NCBI GenBank assembly: GCA_000004985.1
Contig: GG738895.1
Strand: one strand, 5' to 3'
Source: Naegleria gruberi
Taxonomy: Eukaryota
DNA length: 64,000 nt
Notes under the pieces: model-generated
Told to the model about the DNA's origin: nothing
The model's input: only the letters and a program-made list of their open reading frames with translations
Database searches by the model: none
Shown: positions 23,095 through 33,611 of the stretch, one piece after another
Position numbering within the stretch: position 1 is the first letter of the stretch
Layout: every line of letters starts with the position of its first letter
Made by a program: the position numbers and the translations under genes

Positions 23095-25389
23095 ATGTCA
23101 TCATATACAGAGATTATTAGTGGGTTAAGTGTTAGAGCCTCCGGTGTGCATACAAACTTGGATGAAAATGGAATGGTGACTAATAAAGATCCAAAAGAAA
23201 GACTTTTAGAAGTGTGTAAGGATATTATTTCCTACTACAATTCCTACCAAGACAAGACACAAGATTTCTGCCAGAAAATTACAGCCATATTCGAATCGTT
23301 TGTTGCAGACAAGAGGTTTAATTCAATCTTCCTTGAAAAGGATGTTGCAGCTGTTTATTCCGATTGTCTGATCAATCCGAAATATGGTATCAAATTAACA
23401 GGACACGGAGGTATTTGGAAGTTGGTCAATTTTCAACATATTGTTACGAAGGAGACGACAAAACAGTTTGTGGATATTGGTCTATTGGACATGTTCAATC
23501 AACTGAATGCCACAACTGTTGATTGTACCAATACTTCCTACACTACTTCTATCATGAATATTTATCATGTTATCGGAACTCAGAAGGAATATGCTCGATT
23601 GGTTGTTAGACCAGTGATTGCCCTGATACTCAAGCTTGAAAATAGTAGTTATGAAGCTAGAAATTATATGAATTACTTGTTTAATATTGTTGGATGTGAT
23701 AGGGAAAGAATTTTTGAAGAATATGGAAAAGATCTTGAAGAGGTCAATAAGAAATTTGAAAAGAACAAGAATCAAACAATCAAGCAACTTCTCTTTGATT
23801 TATTTGGCACAAAGAATGCAGAATTTGTTTCCCTATTGATTGACTATGCAGGAACTAAGAAGAAATACTCCTTCCCTATTGATAATGAGATTGAAACTAC
23901 TGTTGAAGATGTGACACAATTCATTTTGGAGAAGTGTGTTATGGAGGATGTAGATGTGATTGAGAGTCATGAATTACAAATTTACGATATGGATATTGAG
24001 GACTATGTGGATTTTGATTTTATTGATTCGGATATTTTTGGAAAGGATGGTAATGCTGCCAAGTTCAAGTTGAACGTTACAATTGATTATGATAAAAAGA
24101 GAAAAAAGGAAGAAAAAAGAGAATCCGAGTTGAGAGAATTATCCGAGAAGAGTATATCTAGTATCAACCTTTCAGAAAAGTCGCTGGCAGACTCTGTACC
24201 ATCTTCTCACAAATTCGATAGCAGTATTGCTAGCTCAGGAATTGAAATGTCTAGTATGGAAATGTCCGCTATGAAAGATTCAGGAAATGAAATTTCTGGT
24301 ATTCCAATGTCAGGAATCCAAATGTCTGGTATTGAAATGTCTGGAATTCAAATGTCAGGCGTTGAAATGTCAGGTATTGAAATGTCTGGATTTTCGTCAT
24401 CTCACTCAATCTCAGGTCATAATGGTCCTCTTGAAATGCCATCATTTATTTCTGCTGCTGAAAATGCTCCAAAGGTAGAGCTAACCGAGAATAGTTTATT
24501 AGGTGGCAGCTTTGAGATTCCAGATTCATTCAAAGAACCAGTTGTCACATCTCAAAAGGACAAAAAGACCAAAAAGATTGTTAATGAAACATATCAAATA
24601 TTGGATAAGATTGAATCTAATGAATCAATGATTGATAGAAAGGTTTATATTGCAAAGGATTTGGCCAACAAATCTGGTCCAAATATTGTAATCAAATATT
24701 TACCAATCAAATCAACCACCGAATTCAACAGATGTATGAAGGAAGGAGTAAATATGATTCGTATGGGAAGAACTATTCAACAAAAGAAGATTCCACTCGC
24801 AAACATATTCGATGTCTTTGAAGAAGAAGACAAGGAGAAGAATAAGGCATCCATCAGATTCCTTTGTTTTGCCATGCCTTACTATGGATCTGGAAATTTG
24901 CAAACCTATTTGGAATCAAAGAATCAACCATCCTTGGATTGGAATTTCATCTACTCTCTATTCAAGCAAATTGTTAATGGTTTGGTGTATTTGCATGAAC
25001 AAAATATTGCTCACAAGAATCTCAAACTCTCCAATGTTTTCTTTGTGGATGAGGATAAAATCGTACTGACAGATTATGGACTAAATAGTGACATTTCATC
25101 ACAAGTACCAGAACACAATTCTCTGAGCAATGTGGAAAATATTCCAATTGAGAAATTCCAAAAGGCAGATATCTATCAAGCCGGGTTAATATTTGCCTCC
25201 CTGTGTTTGCTCCTGAATGGTAACACGGTGAGTAATTTGACTACGATTTTGAAGGAAGGAGAAAGCTCATTAAGAAATTCTCTTGGTAAAATCCCAGAAA
25301 AAGCAAAGGACATGGCTGTCAAATTATTGACTCAAGATCCAAATGAAAGACCATCCATTCAGCAAGTTGTCAATTTGTTGGATATCTAG
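23095..25389 (+). CDS. Predicted pseudokinase with N-terminal unknown domain and internal MSGIE pentapeptide repeats
   Basis: The C-terminal kinase-like fold has VIKY (retains the VAIK lysine), HKNLKLSN in place of HRDLKPxN (catalytic Asp lost), DYG in place of DFG, subdomain XI DPNERPS, and no Gly-rich loop. About 8 tandem 15-nt repeats encode M-S-G-I-E/Q (about 24237-24400). The first ATG is 23095 (track start 22927 overlaps the upstream gene). Confidence 0.6.
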   Translation: MSSYTEIISGLSVRASGVHTNLDENGMVTNKDPKERLLEVCKDIISYYNSYQDKTQDFCQKITAIFESFVADKRFNSIFLEKDVAAVYSDCLINPKYGIKLTGHGGIWKLVNFQHIVTKETTKQFVDIGLLDMFNQLNATTVDCTNTSYTTSIMNIYHVIGTQKEYARLVVRPVIALILKLENSSYEARNYMNYLFNIVGCDRERIFEEYGKDLEEVNKKFEKNKNQTIKQLLFDLFGTKNAEFVSLLIDYAGTKKKYSFPIDNEIETTVEDVTQFILEKCVMEDVDVIESHELQIYDMDIEDYVDFDFIDSDIFGKDGNAAKFKLNVTIDYDKKRKKEEKRESELRELSEKSISSINLSEKSLADSVPSSHKFDSSIASSGIEMSSMEMSAMKDSGNEISGIPMSGIQMSGIEMSGIQMSGVEMSGIEMSGFSSSHSISGHNGPLEMPSFISAAENAPKVELTENSLLGGSFEIPDSFKEPVVTSQKDKKTKKIVNETYQILDKIESNESMIDRKVYIAKDLANKSGPNIVIKYLPIKSTTEFNRCMKEGVNMIRMGRTIQQKKIPLANIFDVFEEEDKEKNKASIRFLCFAMPYYGSGNLQTYLESKNQPSLDWNFIYSLFKQIVNGLVYLHEQNIAHKNLKLSNVFFVDEDKIVLTDYGLNSDISSQVPEHNSLSNVENIPIEKFQKADIYQAGLIFASLCLLLNGNTVSNLTTILKEGESSLRNSLGKIPEKAKDMAVKLLTQDPNERPSIQQVVNLLDI

Positions 25390-25445
25390 TCAAATCTCTT
25401 TCTTAAATCCATTATAAACATTGGTCAAATTTATTGAGGCAAATT

Positions 25446-26779
25446 CTAATTGTTTTTTATAGAAGAGTAACACTCGGTCGTGTAATATAGTTGATCTATA
25501 GCCTCACTAAATCCTCTTTCTTCAAAGCCTTCCCCTACAATCCAGTGAACATAAGCTCTCTTGCTATACATCTTATCAAATTGTAGAGCAAGGTTATTAA
25601 GATAACTTGTTATTGAACTGGTATTGTTGGCAATGTGCATTACATTTTTAAAATGGAAAGAGGTTGGATGAATATTTACAGGTGCCTTTCTTGATATTTG
25701 ATATTGAGCTTGTTCATTGTTGTAAGTTTTGAGTACTTTCGAAAGAGAATCAGTATGATGATGTGAAAAATCTCCTCTCATTGATGTGTTCATTGCTATG
25801 GAAACTCCATCAGCCTTATTAACACTATTCAAAGAGGATTTTTTTGAAAAGAGATCCTTAATATTGAATTCAGTACTGGATGTATCTTGCAAGTTTACAA
25901 AACTATTAGATATTATATTAGTTTCGGCTGTTACACCCAAATAATCAATGACATTATTTAAACTTCCTTCATTTGAGAATCTAATCTGAGATGTTAATGT
26001 TGAAATACTTTGTGAAATTAAATGATTCATGTCCTTGAAATTAGGATTCTCAATTCCACACTCCACACAAGCATCCAATAGTGAACAATTATCAAATGCA
26101 AATATACATTTCATTCTATCATAAATATAATTCAAGCCAATAACTGAATTGTAAGTATCCAACATTGAAGTAGAATAAGTTGCACCTGGAAAAACAGTAA
26201 AGGTTGACTCGAAACATTATCTCAATATTCAACATGAAACTCTCACAAACCTACCATTGGTAATTTAAATTCATTTGCCAAACCCCAGACAATACGAGAG
26301 GTTGATCCAGATCCAGTTCCTCCACCAAGTGCTTGAGTAATCAATATACTCTCCACTGAATCACATCGTTCCAGCATTTTCCTAACTCTCTCCTCAATAT
26401 AATTAATTTCACAAGATGACATTGAAAAATAGCCTTTACCAAAGTTTGAGGCAGCATCTTCATTACCACATATTATATTTTCCTCCTTAAATTGAACATG
26501 CAATTGATGATCATTATGCAATGAACTTTGTAGTTGTTGGGGATCGGAATCAAAGAATAAACATCGAGGATGATAGACATTCTCCACTCTAATGGATTCA
26601 TCATATAAACATGATAGATTATTAATTTGTGGATCATTGTGGATATTGCTATTTTCTAAAAGTGAATTAGTGTTGTTGTTGTTGGATTGTAATCCGTGTT
26701 CATCGGCAAATAATTGCCAGAGATCAGTGCCGATCTGAGTTCCGCAATTACCAATATGCAAAAATATCAATTCTTTCAT
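25446..26779 (-). CDS. Divergent tubulin-family protein; 2 exons (about 26252..26779, 25446..26186)
   Basis: The N-terminus MKELIFLHIGNCGTQIGTDLWQLFADEHGL parallels the tubulin MREIVHIQAGQCGNQIG..FWEVISDEHG. It has the GGGTGSG nucleotide-binding signature and the C-terminal KRAYVHWIVGEGFEERGFSEA (compare KAFVHWYVGEGMEE.EFSEA). The two ORFs are joined by a 65-nt GTTTGT..TTCCAG intron. Coordinates here are ±1; the displayed sequence and the ORF track disagree by 1 nt locally. Confidence 0.75.
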
Positions 26780-26920
26780 TTTTTTTTTAAATATTAAATA
26801 TTTTAAATACAATAATTGTAATGTCCTTAATATTTAAAGATGTATTTTGTCAAGTGTTGAAGTTCTCTTGAACTTTGATCTTTAAATAGATTTTGAAAAA
26901 AACAATTTTCAAAAAAAAAA

Positions 26921-27832
26921 ATGATTCAATTCTTGGATCCAAATGTTGTGCAATTTGAAATTTTACCTCATCTCGATGATCGATCCGTTATTTCACTCCT
27001 ATCGACATGTAAAATTGTCAATCAGGTAATTTCTATTCCGGACTATATCGAAACAAAATTGAAAATAATGGATGAAGAAATTTTGAGTCAGAAATTCAAT
27101 GAGTTGGAACAAAGTCCAATCCAAGTGAATAGAATTAATGAAATATTTAGATTAGCATATTTGAATTTTAGAGAAGGAATGTTTCAAACTGAAAAGCAAT
27201 TGTTAGGAACAGTTAAAGTGGATGAGGCACAATGTTATGGAAAATTGAAATCTCAATATACTCTTTTGCAGAGATATGTTTTCAAGAATTCCGACAAATT
27301 ATCACCACACTGTAATAGGAGTGTTTTTTCAGGTTCAACAGGATTTTGGAATTCTCATAGTGTTGATTTTAAAATCTCAAAAGAGAATACTGTATATTAT
27401 TGGTCCATTGTCCTTACAGCATTTGATCGTAAGATATCAAATAGCTGGGCAATACTTGTAGGTTTTGCTGAAGAGGATGCTGCCTCATCATTATCTAAAA
27501 GCTGGATTCCATCTGGATATTGTGTCAAATCAAATGCAATACTTGAAAATAGTTATACATCATACACAGAGAGCCTTGTGAATACGGAAGGAGATGTCAT
27601 TGGAATTGAGTGCTATGTCCAAAACAAAACAGTCTATTTCAATGTTTACTCTCCTTCGAGGAACCATCAGACCTTTCAATTCAAATCTGTGAATAGTAAT
27701 ATAGTACCAATGGTATCTATGGTACACTCTCAATCACTCCAATTACTTTCATTACTTCCGTGGGATGGGCATGTGGAAAGCTTGAAATCCTTTGGAGAAT
27801 GTGCAACAAGGATTTGTACAGCAGAAGAATGA
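26921..27832 (+). CDS. F-box / SPRY(B30.2)-domain protein (module gene A)
   Basis: The N-terminal F-box-like motif is VVQFEILPHLDDRSVISLLSTCKIVNQVI. The C-terminal SPRY-like pattern is WSIVL...WAILVGFAEED...GYCVKSN...GDVIGIECYVQNKTVYFNV. About 90% identical to the minus-strand copy at 52502..53413. Confidence 0.7.
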   Translation: MIQFLDPNVVQFEILPHLDDRSVISLLSTCKIVNQVISIPDYIETKLKIMDEEILSQKFNELEQSPIQVNRINEIFRLAYLNFREGMFQTEKQLLGTVKVDEAQCYGKLKSQYTLLQRYVFKNSDKLSPHCNRSVFSGSTGFWNSHSVDFKISKENTVYYWSIVLTAFDRKISNSWAILVGFAEEDAASSLSKSWIPSGYCVKSNAILENSYTSYTESLVNTEGDVIGIECYVQNKTVYFNVYSPSRNHQTFQFKSVNSNIVPMVSMVHSQSLQLLSLLPWDGHVESLKSFGECATRICTAEE

Positions 27833-27966
27833 TTTTATTGTTTGAAGAATTAAATTTCAAACAATAAATTACTATTCTATTATTGATGGATATCCAATGA
27901 TGATGTTCACTGAATATCAATGTTTTCCAGTATTGAAACCTTGATCTCTTTTTTACAACAAAAAAA

Positions 27967-29454
27967 ATGGGAAATAACAAGAGCAGAAATCCAACTCCCA
28001 TTCCACCACCATCTTTCGAATTAGATTTCCGAACCATCAAGGAAATTAATCAGGAAAAATTTGTGTTGCATCCAGATTTAACATTCGAAATGGCAACAAA
28101 TTATTTGGAAATTGGTGAAATTTTACAATTGGCATTGTCATGTAAATTATTGTACTCGTATTTGTGGTTTGATCAGGAAAAATTGTGGAACGCAGTGGCA
28201 AGGAGAGATGGCTTTACGATTCGACAGCACGAATGTAAACAACTTTATCGTACGTTGAGGAAGAAGGAGATTAGTTTATTGGAAAATCCAAAATTTAGTT
28301 TGGTTTCTCTCTTTTGGAAACCAGAATTTGTTGCTGAATTTGGGAATATTGAATTGAATCAATTAATTTACATATTAAGAAATCCACATTTTCACATAAT
28401 GGTTAAAGCCAATTTGATTGAATTTTCATTGAAACAATTCATCACTAGTGAGAATTACAAAAAATTGAAGAATCTTTTATATTCAATGTGTAGGATTGAA
28501 AATGGAACAAACATTATATTACCAGATGGTTATTTAGAGAGACCTCCATCTAAAATAACTCTCCTTTCATTATTATGTAAACATTTATTCGAAATACCAG
28601 GTGCTGATGATATTATTATAAGATTTGCACCTTTTGGATTGGTATCTGAGGAAGTGAACAAGTATTCCTCTGTCTTTACATTTGAAAAGAGAATCATTTT
28701 AATATTATTAGAAAAGTGCAAAAGAAAGGAACCTAATTTGGATCAATACTTTACAATATTCACTCAAATATTCGAGAAGAAATTACATTTACTGGAAAAT
28801 TTCTATCAATTCAAAGACTTATTGGACTCATTTCAAACACTGGACATTGAAAAAATTACTCCTACCTTAATCCATTTACTTTCCAGTAATGAGAAATTAT
28901 TTCCAGGAGCTACCTTGCTTGATCTACATGTTTATCATCCAAAAATTGTTGCAGAAATATCAAAGCTGTCTCATTTACCTTGCAATCACTCAATGAACTA
29001 CATTCTAAAGTATTTAGATAACAGTACATTTTCATCTCAAGAACAACTTGCTATACCTCTTGATTCTCTTTTTCAAATATGGGGAAAATATGGTAAAATG
29101 ATTTCTCAATATTATCTAAGAAGGATTTGTGAATTGGATTTTGAAAGAACTGTGAATCAAATATTGGAATGTGAGCCCGTGTCTTTCTGTTCTTTTGACT
29201 GGGATAATCAGCGTTACCAATTTCAGTATTTGTTTTTCTTGAAACAACTGGAAAACCATGTCAAGACTCTTGATTCTTCTGAATATGGATTATTCTTTCA
29301 GAAACTGAAAAAGGTATCAGAAACCATCCATCAGAACAGCAAAGGAGAGGGATACACGAAAATACTGAATTCTATTCTCTTTGAGATTGAGCGGTTTGCA
29401 TCCCAGTATCCATTCAGTAACTCTTTGAAAAAAGCAATTGAACGAGATTTTTAA
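27967..29454 (+). CDS. Hypothetical protein with N-myristoylation signal (MGNNKS) and F-box-like motif
   Basis: ATG at 27967. Gly2 with Ser6 fits the myristoylation consensus. LHPDLTFEMATNYLEIGEILQLALSCKLLYSYLW is F-box-like. 495 aa, no other recognised domain. Confidence 0.5.
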   Translation: MGNNKSRNPTPIPPPSFELDFRTIKEINQEKFVLHPDLTFEMATNYLEIGEILQLALSCKLLYSYLWFDQEKLWNAVARRDGFTIRQHECKQLYRTLRKKEISLLENPKFSLVSLFWKPEFVAEFGNIELNQLIYILRNPHFHIMVKANLIEFSLKQFITSENYKKLKNLLYSMCRIENGTNIILPDGYLERPPSKITLLSLLCKHLFEIPGADDIIIRFAPFGLVSEEVNKYSSVFTFEKRIILILLEKCKRKEPNLDQYFTIFTQIFEKKLHLLENFYQFKDLLDSFQTLDIEKITPTLIHLLSSNEKLFPGATLLDLHVYHPKIVAEISKLSHLPCNHSMNYILKYLDNSTFSSQEQLAIPLDSLFQIWGKYGKMISQYYLRRICELDFERTVNQILECEPVSFCSFDWDNQRYQFQYLFFLKQLENHVKTLDSSEYGLFFQKLKKVSETIHQNSKGEGYTKILNSILFEIERFASQYPFSNSLKKAIERDF

Positions 29455-29593
29455 AACAAATGAAAGTCAACTAGTTGCCTCATCACAACATGATGTTTAG
29501 AAGAGAATCAAAGATAGCCACCTTTTTGAATTGAGGGTTTTATTTCAAGTCGATGGATGGGAAGTGTACCAACATACCACATTTAATGAGCTA

Positions 29594-30393
29594 CTATTTA
29601 ACAGTGAACACATCTCCTTCAACGGCAGCCCCAGGCAATGTAAGAACAATTCCTTGAAAATGAATAGCAAGTATAAATTCATTGACACATTCATCAGAAT
29701 TAATCATTTCTTCAGTTAATCCCATGAATTTCATAACTTGTTGAATTGATTTCCTTGCAGAAAAATTGTCGTTTCTACGAAAATCAATAAAAATACTATT
29801 ATTAAGCAATGGTACACTATTTTGGTAAACTGATAATACCCTTGTTAATCCTCCATTTCCATTACGTCCTCCAAAAGAAGAAAATCTCAATATTAAATCC
29901 ATTTGCTTAATTGTGTTTAAAATTTCTCCATTTACAGATGTAACAATAAGGTCATTATGTAGACTAATTTGCAAATCAGATGATGAAAATGATATAAAAC
30001 TTTTAACGAATATAAAAGGAGTTATGAGAGAAATCATTTTTCCAACCAATTCATTATTCGATTCGTTTAGAATAGCTGGTTGTTTAGTCACTACATTGTT
30101 CACAATTGCTTGTAAAAAACCGAAAATCTCAAACAAGTCAACATTAGTGCTACATTCGTCCAAGAAGAATACGAAACATTTGTTTTCTCGCAGCTGAATA
30201 TTCCTCTAACTTTCATCCCTTCCAATAACTCAGTTTCCAAACGATGACGCCAGAAATCAACAGCTCCAATCAAAGTTTCATTCCAATTCCTAATTCACAC
30301 AAGTCGGAGAACAAGTACAGACATTGGTGATGGATGAAACAAGTGTGAAATTATTTCATTGATGAAAATATCTGCTGGCATGAGTGATGACAT
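29594..30393 (-). CDS. TRAPP complex Bet3-family subunit (TRAPPC6/Trs33- or TRAPPC5-like); predicted 2 exons (30319..30393, 29594..30193)
   Basis: The body ..VDLFEIFGFLQAIVNNV..VYQNSVPLLNN..NEFILAIHFQGIVLTLPGAAVEGDVFTV follows the Bet3-fold pattern (..LSVLEGMGFRVGQAL..VLQDNSFPLL..CGLLRGAL..). The track ORF starts at TTG with no upstream in-frame ATG. A short upstream exon (ATG at 30393, MSSLMPADIFINEIISHLFHPSPMS) resembles the TRAPPC6 N-terminus and can be spliced (GTACTT..ATTCAG, about 125 nt) in frame. The splice donor is uncertain. Confidence 0.5.
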
Positions 30394-30503
30394 TTTTTTT
30401 AGACGAATGTTTATTGTAATGAAAACTAATCTGTACTGGAAAGTAAATCATAAACATTCTGTTGTCTGTCACAGCTTAGCGAGAGACTTTCTTATTTACC
30501 ATT

Positions 30504-31664
30504 TTAATTAAATATCAAATAATTGTTCAAACTATTAAAAAGTTCTGTATCCGAAGGTTTTGAATTCATTTCTCTAATTAATTTCTTCCAATCTTTACAT
30601 TTAATTTCTTCTGGTTGGTTATTTTTTGTAATTGTCTTGAATTGTTGAACCATTACTTGACCTGCCTTTTCTAGTAAGTTGATTTCTACATTTGGAAGAA
30701 ATTGAACTATAAATGGATTTTTTTCAACTAATTTCTCAATCAATTGTGGATCTTTTGAAAATTTTTCATCAACTATTTTCAAACATTTTGCATCCTTCGC
30801 CACCAATTCCATTTCAAATTCATCCAAATTTGGAATTTCTGAAATAATTACTGATTTGTAAAATCTATAATTCATTCCATTCAAAGAAATTGCTTTCATT
30901 AAAAAATCTCTATTTCCTACAAATTTGGAAGGTATATCATTAATGATATAATCATCCACTTCGACTGCTTTTAATACAACTTGTTCATCATTTTCCCATG
31001 GTTCAATATCTCCAATCCAATATATTGGAAGTCCATATTCGAAACTCTTAATGAGTAAATCCTTATTTTGGAGTTTCCAATCTAGACCTTGATGGGTTGG
31101 GTCAATTTCGATTTGTTTGGAGATGAATTCTCTTGAATTAAGTAGTGATTCGTCAACTCCTGAGAGGACTATTCCAGATTTCATGGCTTGGAGAACAAAA
31201 TCCACATTCGAAAGTAAACTATTGTTTTCTCTAGCCATTTCAGCATAATCCACAACTATATCCGTTTGAAAAACTGTATTCAGCAGTCTCTCCTCAGCAA
31301 TTTCATAAACAAGCTTTCTTTCTTCTTCAGTTAATTGTACTAACTTTCCAATAGCTTCAAAAACTAAACTACCTAATCTATTTCTCATATCCAGAGTCAT
31401 TTCCTTCCAAGCATGTTTCCAAAAATCTTGTCTTTTCAACACTGAGAAGGGAAGATCAAAAAGTAAATTCAATACTAATAAATGGCCATTATTAAATAGT
31501 CTGAAAATCCAATACGAATCTTGTGTGAAAAGTTTTATTAGAAATGGAGCGAACGGAAGAAGTTTTGATAATTGGTGCAAGTGATGATTGCTTTCGTATT
31601 GGTGCGATAGCAAGGCAAGGTCTTGAGATAAATCAAATAATTGGAACGAAACTTGTTCAGACAT
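30504..31664 (-). CDS. DUF4116-repeat protein
   Basis: ATG verified. C-terminal tandem repeats of the form NDEQVVLKAVEVDDYIINDIPSKFVGNRDFLMKAISLNGMNYRF.. match the DUF4116 pattern (nD.e.vl.AV.q.g.al.ya...l.nD.efvl.Av.qnG.al.y). Confidence 0.5.
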   Translation of the reverse strand: MSEQVSFQLFDLSQDLALLSHQYESNHHLHQLSKLLPFAPFLIKLFTQDSYWIFRLFNNGHLLVLNLLFDLPFSVLKRQDFWKHAWKEMTLDMRNRLGSLVFEAIGKLVQLTEEERKLVYEIAEERLLNTVFQTDIVVDYAEMARENNSLLSNVDFVLQAMKSGIVLSGVDESLLNSREFISKQIEIDPTHQGLDWKLQNKDLLIKSFEYGLPIYWIGDIEPWENDEQVVLKAVEVDDYIINDIPSKFVGNRDFLMKAISLNGMNYRFYKSVIISEIPNLDEFEMELVAKDAKCLKIVDEKFSKDPQLIEKLVEKNPFIVQFLPNVEINLLEKAGQVMVQQFKTITKNNQPEEIKCKDWKKLIREMNSKPSDTELFNSLNNYLIFN

Positions 31665-31800
31665 TTTTTTTCATTATAATGATAGTTTCCAATAAGTGAA
31701 GCTTCATTATCTACAAGTAACCTCCATTAATCAACTATTTGAAATCTCAATCGAGGTTGCATTCTGTCTATTCAAAAAATTTAGTTAATTGCCCAAAAGA

Positions 31801-31874
31801 TGCCTCCCTTGGGAATCGAACCCAAGACCTCTGTCTTACTAGGACAGCGCTACTGCCAACTGAGCTAGGAAGGC
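31801..31874 (-). tRNA. tRNA-Thr (anticodon AGU)
   Basis: Hand fold: acceptor GCCTTCC/GGGAGGC with one G-U pair, anticodon stem CTGTC/GACAG, loop CTAGTAA, T arm TTGGG-TTCGATT-CCCAA. No CCA. Short T-run downstream. Confidence 0.85.
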
Positions 31875-32077
31875 TGACATTGAATTGAAATATTTGAGAT
31901 ATTAAGCCTATTAAAGTACAAATTTCTGTCAACACGCTTATTTTTTTGTTTATGAATAGATTTCTACTCATATGCTTATCTTTTGCACATATTAAGTTTT
32001 ACAGCTGTCCTGACCAATGGTTTAAAAAATCTCTTATTAACAAATCTTTCAGATTCCTATTGGTCATTGTAAAAAAA

Positions 32078-33580
32078 ATGTTTAAACAACTTGATCACGA
32101 TTCCTTGGTCAATATTATTGGATTTCTTAACCTTTCTGATGTATTGGAAAATTTTGCCATCATCAATTCCGAAATAAATCAACTTTTTAATGATCGGTAT
32201 GGATACTTGATCTCTTTGATCACAGATAGGATTTTATTCTCGGAAGAACATTTTCTAGCCTTGTTCAATTTTTTAGATAAGAATTTTCAAGTTGAATCAA
32301 TACTAAATGAAGAGGAGAGGGAAGTTATTAATTGTACAGCTTTGAGTAGAATATGTGGGGAGGAAAATCATGATGAGAGGAAGGTGATTGAAAGAGTCTT
32401 GTCAGAGCAGATTAATTGTGTCCAGATTGATAATTATTCCAAGATGAAAACATGTTGGAGTTGTTGTAAGAGGCTGAGCTATTTGAATATTCTGTTTATA
32501 CCTAGGGATAGCGATAGAAACATTGAAGTGTGTTATTGCCCTGGTCATGAAAAATACATTCATTACAGTTTGGATAATTACGGAAAGATTATGAAATTGG
32601 CTGACTCCTACGAATTTTCAAAGGATAGAATTTACAAATTTACTTTGCATTATAAGAATGGATTTAACGTAAAGAAAATATATTCGAAACCAAGAGAATC
32701 ACATAGAAATCAAAAAGAAATAATTCTTAAAAACAAGGAATTGTATATTGAGCTTACAGGCCCGACTCTTTACGAGTATAATACTGTAACATTAATTCAT
32801 CAAGAATCAATTAATAGTGACATTACCATTTCAATACCAAACATTCAAGATTCTGAACATTACAAGAACAGATGTTACTTGGTGAGGAGCGATTTATTTG
32901 TCAGACCACTATATGACATTAATTCTTTCTTCCATGATATTTCAGCTCCCAACAAATGTGGAGATTTGAAAGTATCAAGAAAAGGAGATTCTATTTTATG
33001 GACAATCTCAAAGAAAAATATCAAACAATTAGTATTTCGTTTCATGATTACAAATGCTATGATTCTACCACTTTCGTTGCTCCTATTTGTATATTTAACG
33101 GATTATTCTATTGATTCTATATCAACTGATAATATTCAACTCCTTATGCTTTTTCTTGATTCAGTTTCATTAAGTTGCATTTCCCTTTTTGCTTCGGATT
33201 ATTTCACTAACAGATATCGTCGTGTATCAACGGAAAGCTTTAAATTTCTGGCCAAAATTGGTATTGGAAGTTTTTTCCTAAAACTAGTCATTTCATTCAT
33301 TTTTCCATTCCTTTCTCCAGTAGATACAGCAAGTCCATTTAGATTATCATTGCAATTCACAATCCCTTACATATTTTCTTTATTTACAACCATAGTCTCT
33401 TGTTCCTGTTTAGCTCAAACATCATTTTGGTACGCACGTTCCTGTGATTGGTTTTACAATTTGAGGAAGAAGGAATCAGCACTTGGTAGAGTTTTCAATA
33501 AGTGTCTATCTTGGATAACAAACCTCTCCTCCTTGAAAGGTGTAGACAATGACACAGAAGAACGTTGTGTAGTTAACTGA
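32078..33580 (+). CDS. Hypothetical protein: F-box-like N-terminus, Cys-rich middle, C-terminal multi-TM region
   Basis: The first ATG at 32078 gives MFKQLDHDSLVNIIGFLNLSDVLENFAIINSEINQLF (F-box-like). The C-terminal 180 aa are hydrophobic. The track start 31946 (TTG) would place the start only 72 nt from the tRNA-Thr gene. Confidence 0.45.
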   Translation: MFKQLDHDSLVNIIGFLNLSDVLENFAIINSEINQLFNDRYGYLISLITDRILFSEEHFLALFNFLDKNFQVESILNEEEREVINCTALSRICGEENHDERKVIERVLSEQINCVQIDNYSKMKTCWSCCKRLSYLNILFIPRDSDRNIEVCYCPGHEKYIHYSLDNYGKIMKLADSYEFSKDRIYKFTLHYKNGFNVKKIYSKPRESHRNQKEIILKNKELYIELTGPTLYEYNTVTLIHQESINSDITISIPNIQDSEHYKNRCYLVRSDLFVRPLYDINSFFHDISAPNKCGDLKVSRKGDSILWTISKKNIKQLVFRFMITNAMILPLSLLLFVYLTDYSIDSISTDNIQLLMLFLDSVSLSCISLFASDYFTNRYRRVSTESFKFLAKIGIGSFFLKLVISFIFPFLSPVDTASPFRLSLQFTIPYIFSLFTTIVSCSCLAQTSFWYARSCDWFYNLRKKESALGRVFNKCLSWITNLSSLKGVDNDTEERCVVN

Positions 33581-33611
33581 ACGAGTCAAGCTCAAATAAT
33601 AACTTAAAAAA

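Noticed and set aside
26101-26250. Apparent 1-nt discrepancy between my reading of the sequence (TATCCCAACAT) and the ORF-track translation (MLDTY.. requires TATCCAACAT) in the tubulin-like gene
   Set aside because: I treated it as a transcription or reading ambiguity in a homopolymer, not a real frameshift. Coordinates in that neighbourhood are given ±1. If the extra C is real, the gene would be frameshifted.
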